Positions 62,901-64,000 of a stretch of 64,000 nucleotides of DNA are shown here, piece by piece. This DNA is from Octopus bimaculoides. Taxonomy: Eukaryota. The stretch lies in assembly GCF_001194135.2 (NCBI RefSeq), contig NC_068982.1, positions 122,726,007 through 122,790,006 on the forward strand, read 5' to 3'. The translations under genes were made by a program, and so were the position numbers. Under the pieces are notes generated by a model that ran no database searches, had not been told where the DNA came from, and saw nothing but the letters and a program-made list of their open reading frames with translations. How positions within the stretch are numbered: the first letter of the stretch is position 1; each line of letters begins with the position of its first letter.

Positions 62901-63350
62901 CTACACAGGCATCTCTTATGAAATTTAACTCTGTAAAAGAGAAAGATTAATAAAGATAGTTAATAATATTTTCATGTTGTTGTTTCCTGAGGCATGAATG
63001 TATTTTAAATATTCCACAAGATTGGGAAATATTGATCTAAAATATTACACAACCTAAACTAGTTTTATGAAAAATATTTACAAGAAAATCATTTTTTTTT
63101 GTTTTTTCTTATAAAATTATTAATAAATTTAATAGCTGTTTATGATCAAATTCAAATTGAACATGAGTATTTGCGTGTTCGTGCATGCATGAGTGTGTGT
63201 ATTGATGTACATGAGAGATGAGGAAAAGAGAAATAACCAGAACATTCATTCAATATATCCATCCATACTTAGACACTCTTGCACCCCCTCCACACACACA
63301 CACAAGTTTATATTCTCATATTTAAATGCATGTATAATGATTTCTCTCAG

Positions 63351-63508
63351 ATTGTCCTGGAAGTAGTTGTGCCAAGATTTTTGAAACATCTAAAGGAAGG
63401 AACTACGCAGAAAGAAAGCCTGAGTGCAGCTCAAGCAGAGATCCAAGCTATTACCAATATAGCTATCTCAATAAGAGCCTTGATTAATTCATGTGAAATA
63501 TTCACAAG
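63351..63508 (+). CDS. unc80: unc80 exon (IVLEVVVPRFLKHLKEGTTQKESLSAAQAEIQAITNIAISIRALINSCEIFT-R); gene continues beyond the window
   Basis: TTTCTCTCAG| ... AG|GTATAA, 158 nt, phase 0/2. Matches VLE..VP..L..LK..T...AAR.EI.A...LA.S..AL. Confidence 0.94.
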
Positions 63509-64000
63509 GTATAATAACCTCTCTTTTCAACTCAATATAATTTTTGTTCTATTCTATTCCTTTCATTATTAGATTTTGCTTCTTATTTTCCTTTCTAATT
63601 TTTGTTCATTTTTAAACTTAAATTGCAGTTTTAAAATTTTCAGTTTCAAAAGTTAACCAGTTTCATAGCAGTGTGATTTTATTACACCCAGCTGTGAAAT
63701 ATTTATTCCGATAATCCATACAAATAATAAATGTTTGATTCAAAAATAGATGAAAACGTTTGTGTTTTGTACAAATCTGTTATATGTAACAGAAGCAGTA
63801 TTAGATTAAAGTAGTCATCTGTGCATCATACTTAATATAGATACATTGTAAAAGGCAGGTTTATTCCAGCATTTATCCTGAGATAATATTATGCTAAGCT
63901 TAAAAACACAAAATATATCAATATTGACAAATTTTATCTTGGCAATGGTTGGCCGTGAGTACACACTATTGACAATGCCCAATGAGGCAGAAATACATCT

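Overview
AT-rich animal genomic DNA, most likely an octopus (coleoid cephalopod). This is inferred from the SINE/LINE families, the dense (TA)n/(CA)n/(ATT)n/(GAT)n microsatellites and the N-gaps abutting them; no database search was run. The whole window lies inside one + strand gene, unc80 (NALCN channelosome scaffold subunit). I assembled 18 well-supported exons by hand (21721-63508, about 1.9 kb of CDS). All have GT-AG boundaries and consistent phases, and they read ...AVQEEINMAARRVSLAP...FFPSCMCVAILPILHLMDD...CLVDDPALFLRHFLEKL...KDLKQTLRKEQCD...PTFPRKALEAEF...FYILHRKPFILQ...EKPLKALDFCYE...VIAYSPDSFRS... The gene's start and end are outside the window. In the first 40 kb the introns are very large and contain three extra frame-preserving phase-1/phase-1 candidate exons of 24, 36 and 54 nt, all in one variable linker. 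These are the most interesting unexplained structure. Introns hold Tc1/mariner, piggyBac-like and other MITEs, tRNA-derived SINEs, RTE, L1/Tx1, Penelope and Dong/R4 retroelement fragments, and a Helentron-like element carrying telomere-type repeats. Several near-perfect inverted repeats would fold in the pre-mRNA and could be ADAR substrates. Almost all six-frame ORFs are microsatellite or N artefacts or TE remnants. No rRNA, bona fide tRNA, CRISPR array or prokaryotic system is seen. Ortholog comparisons and repeat-family names come from recall and need confirmation by alignment. Exon and TIR coordinates were counted base by base; degenerate repeat boundaries are approximate.
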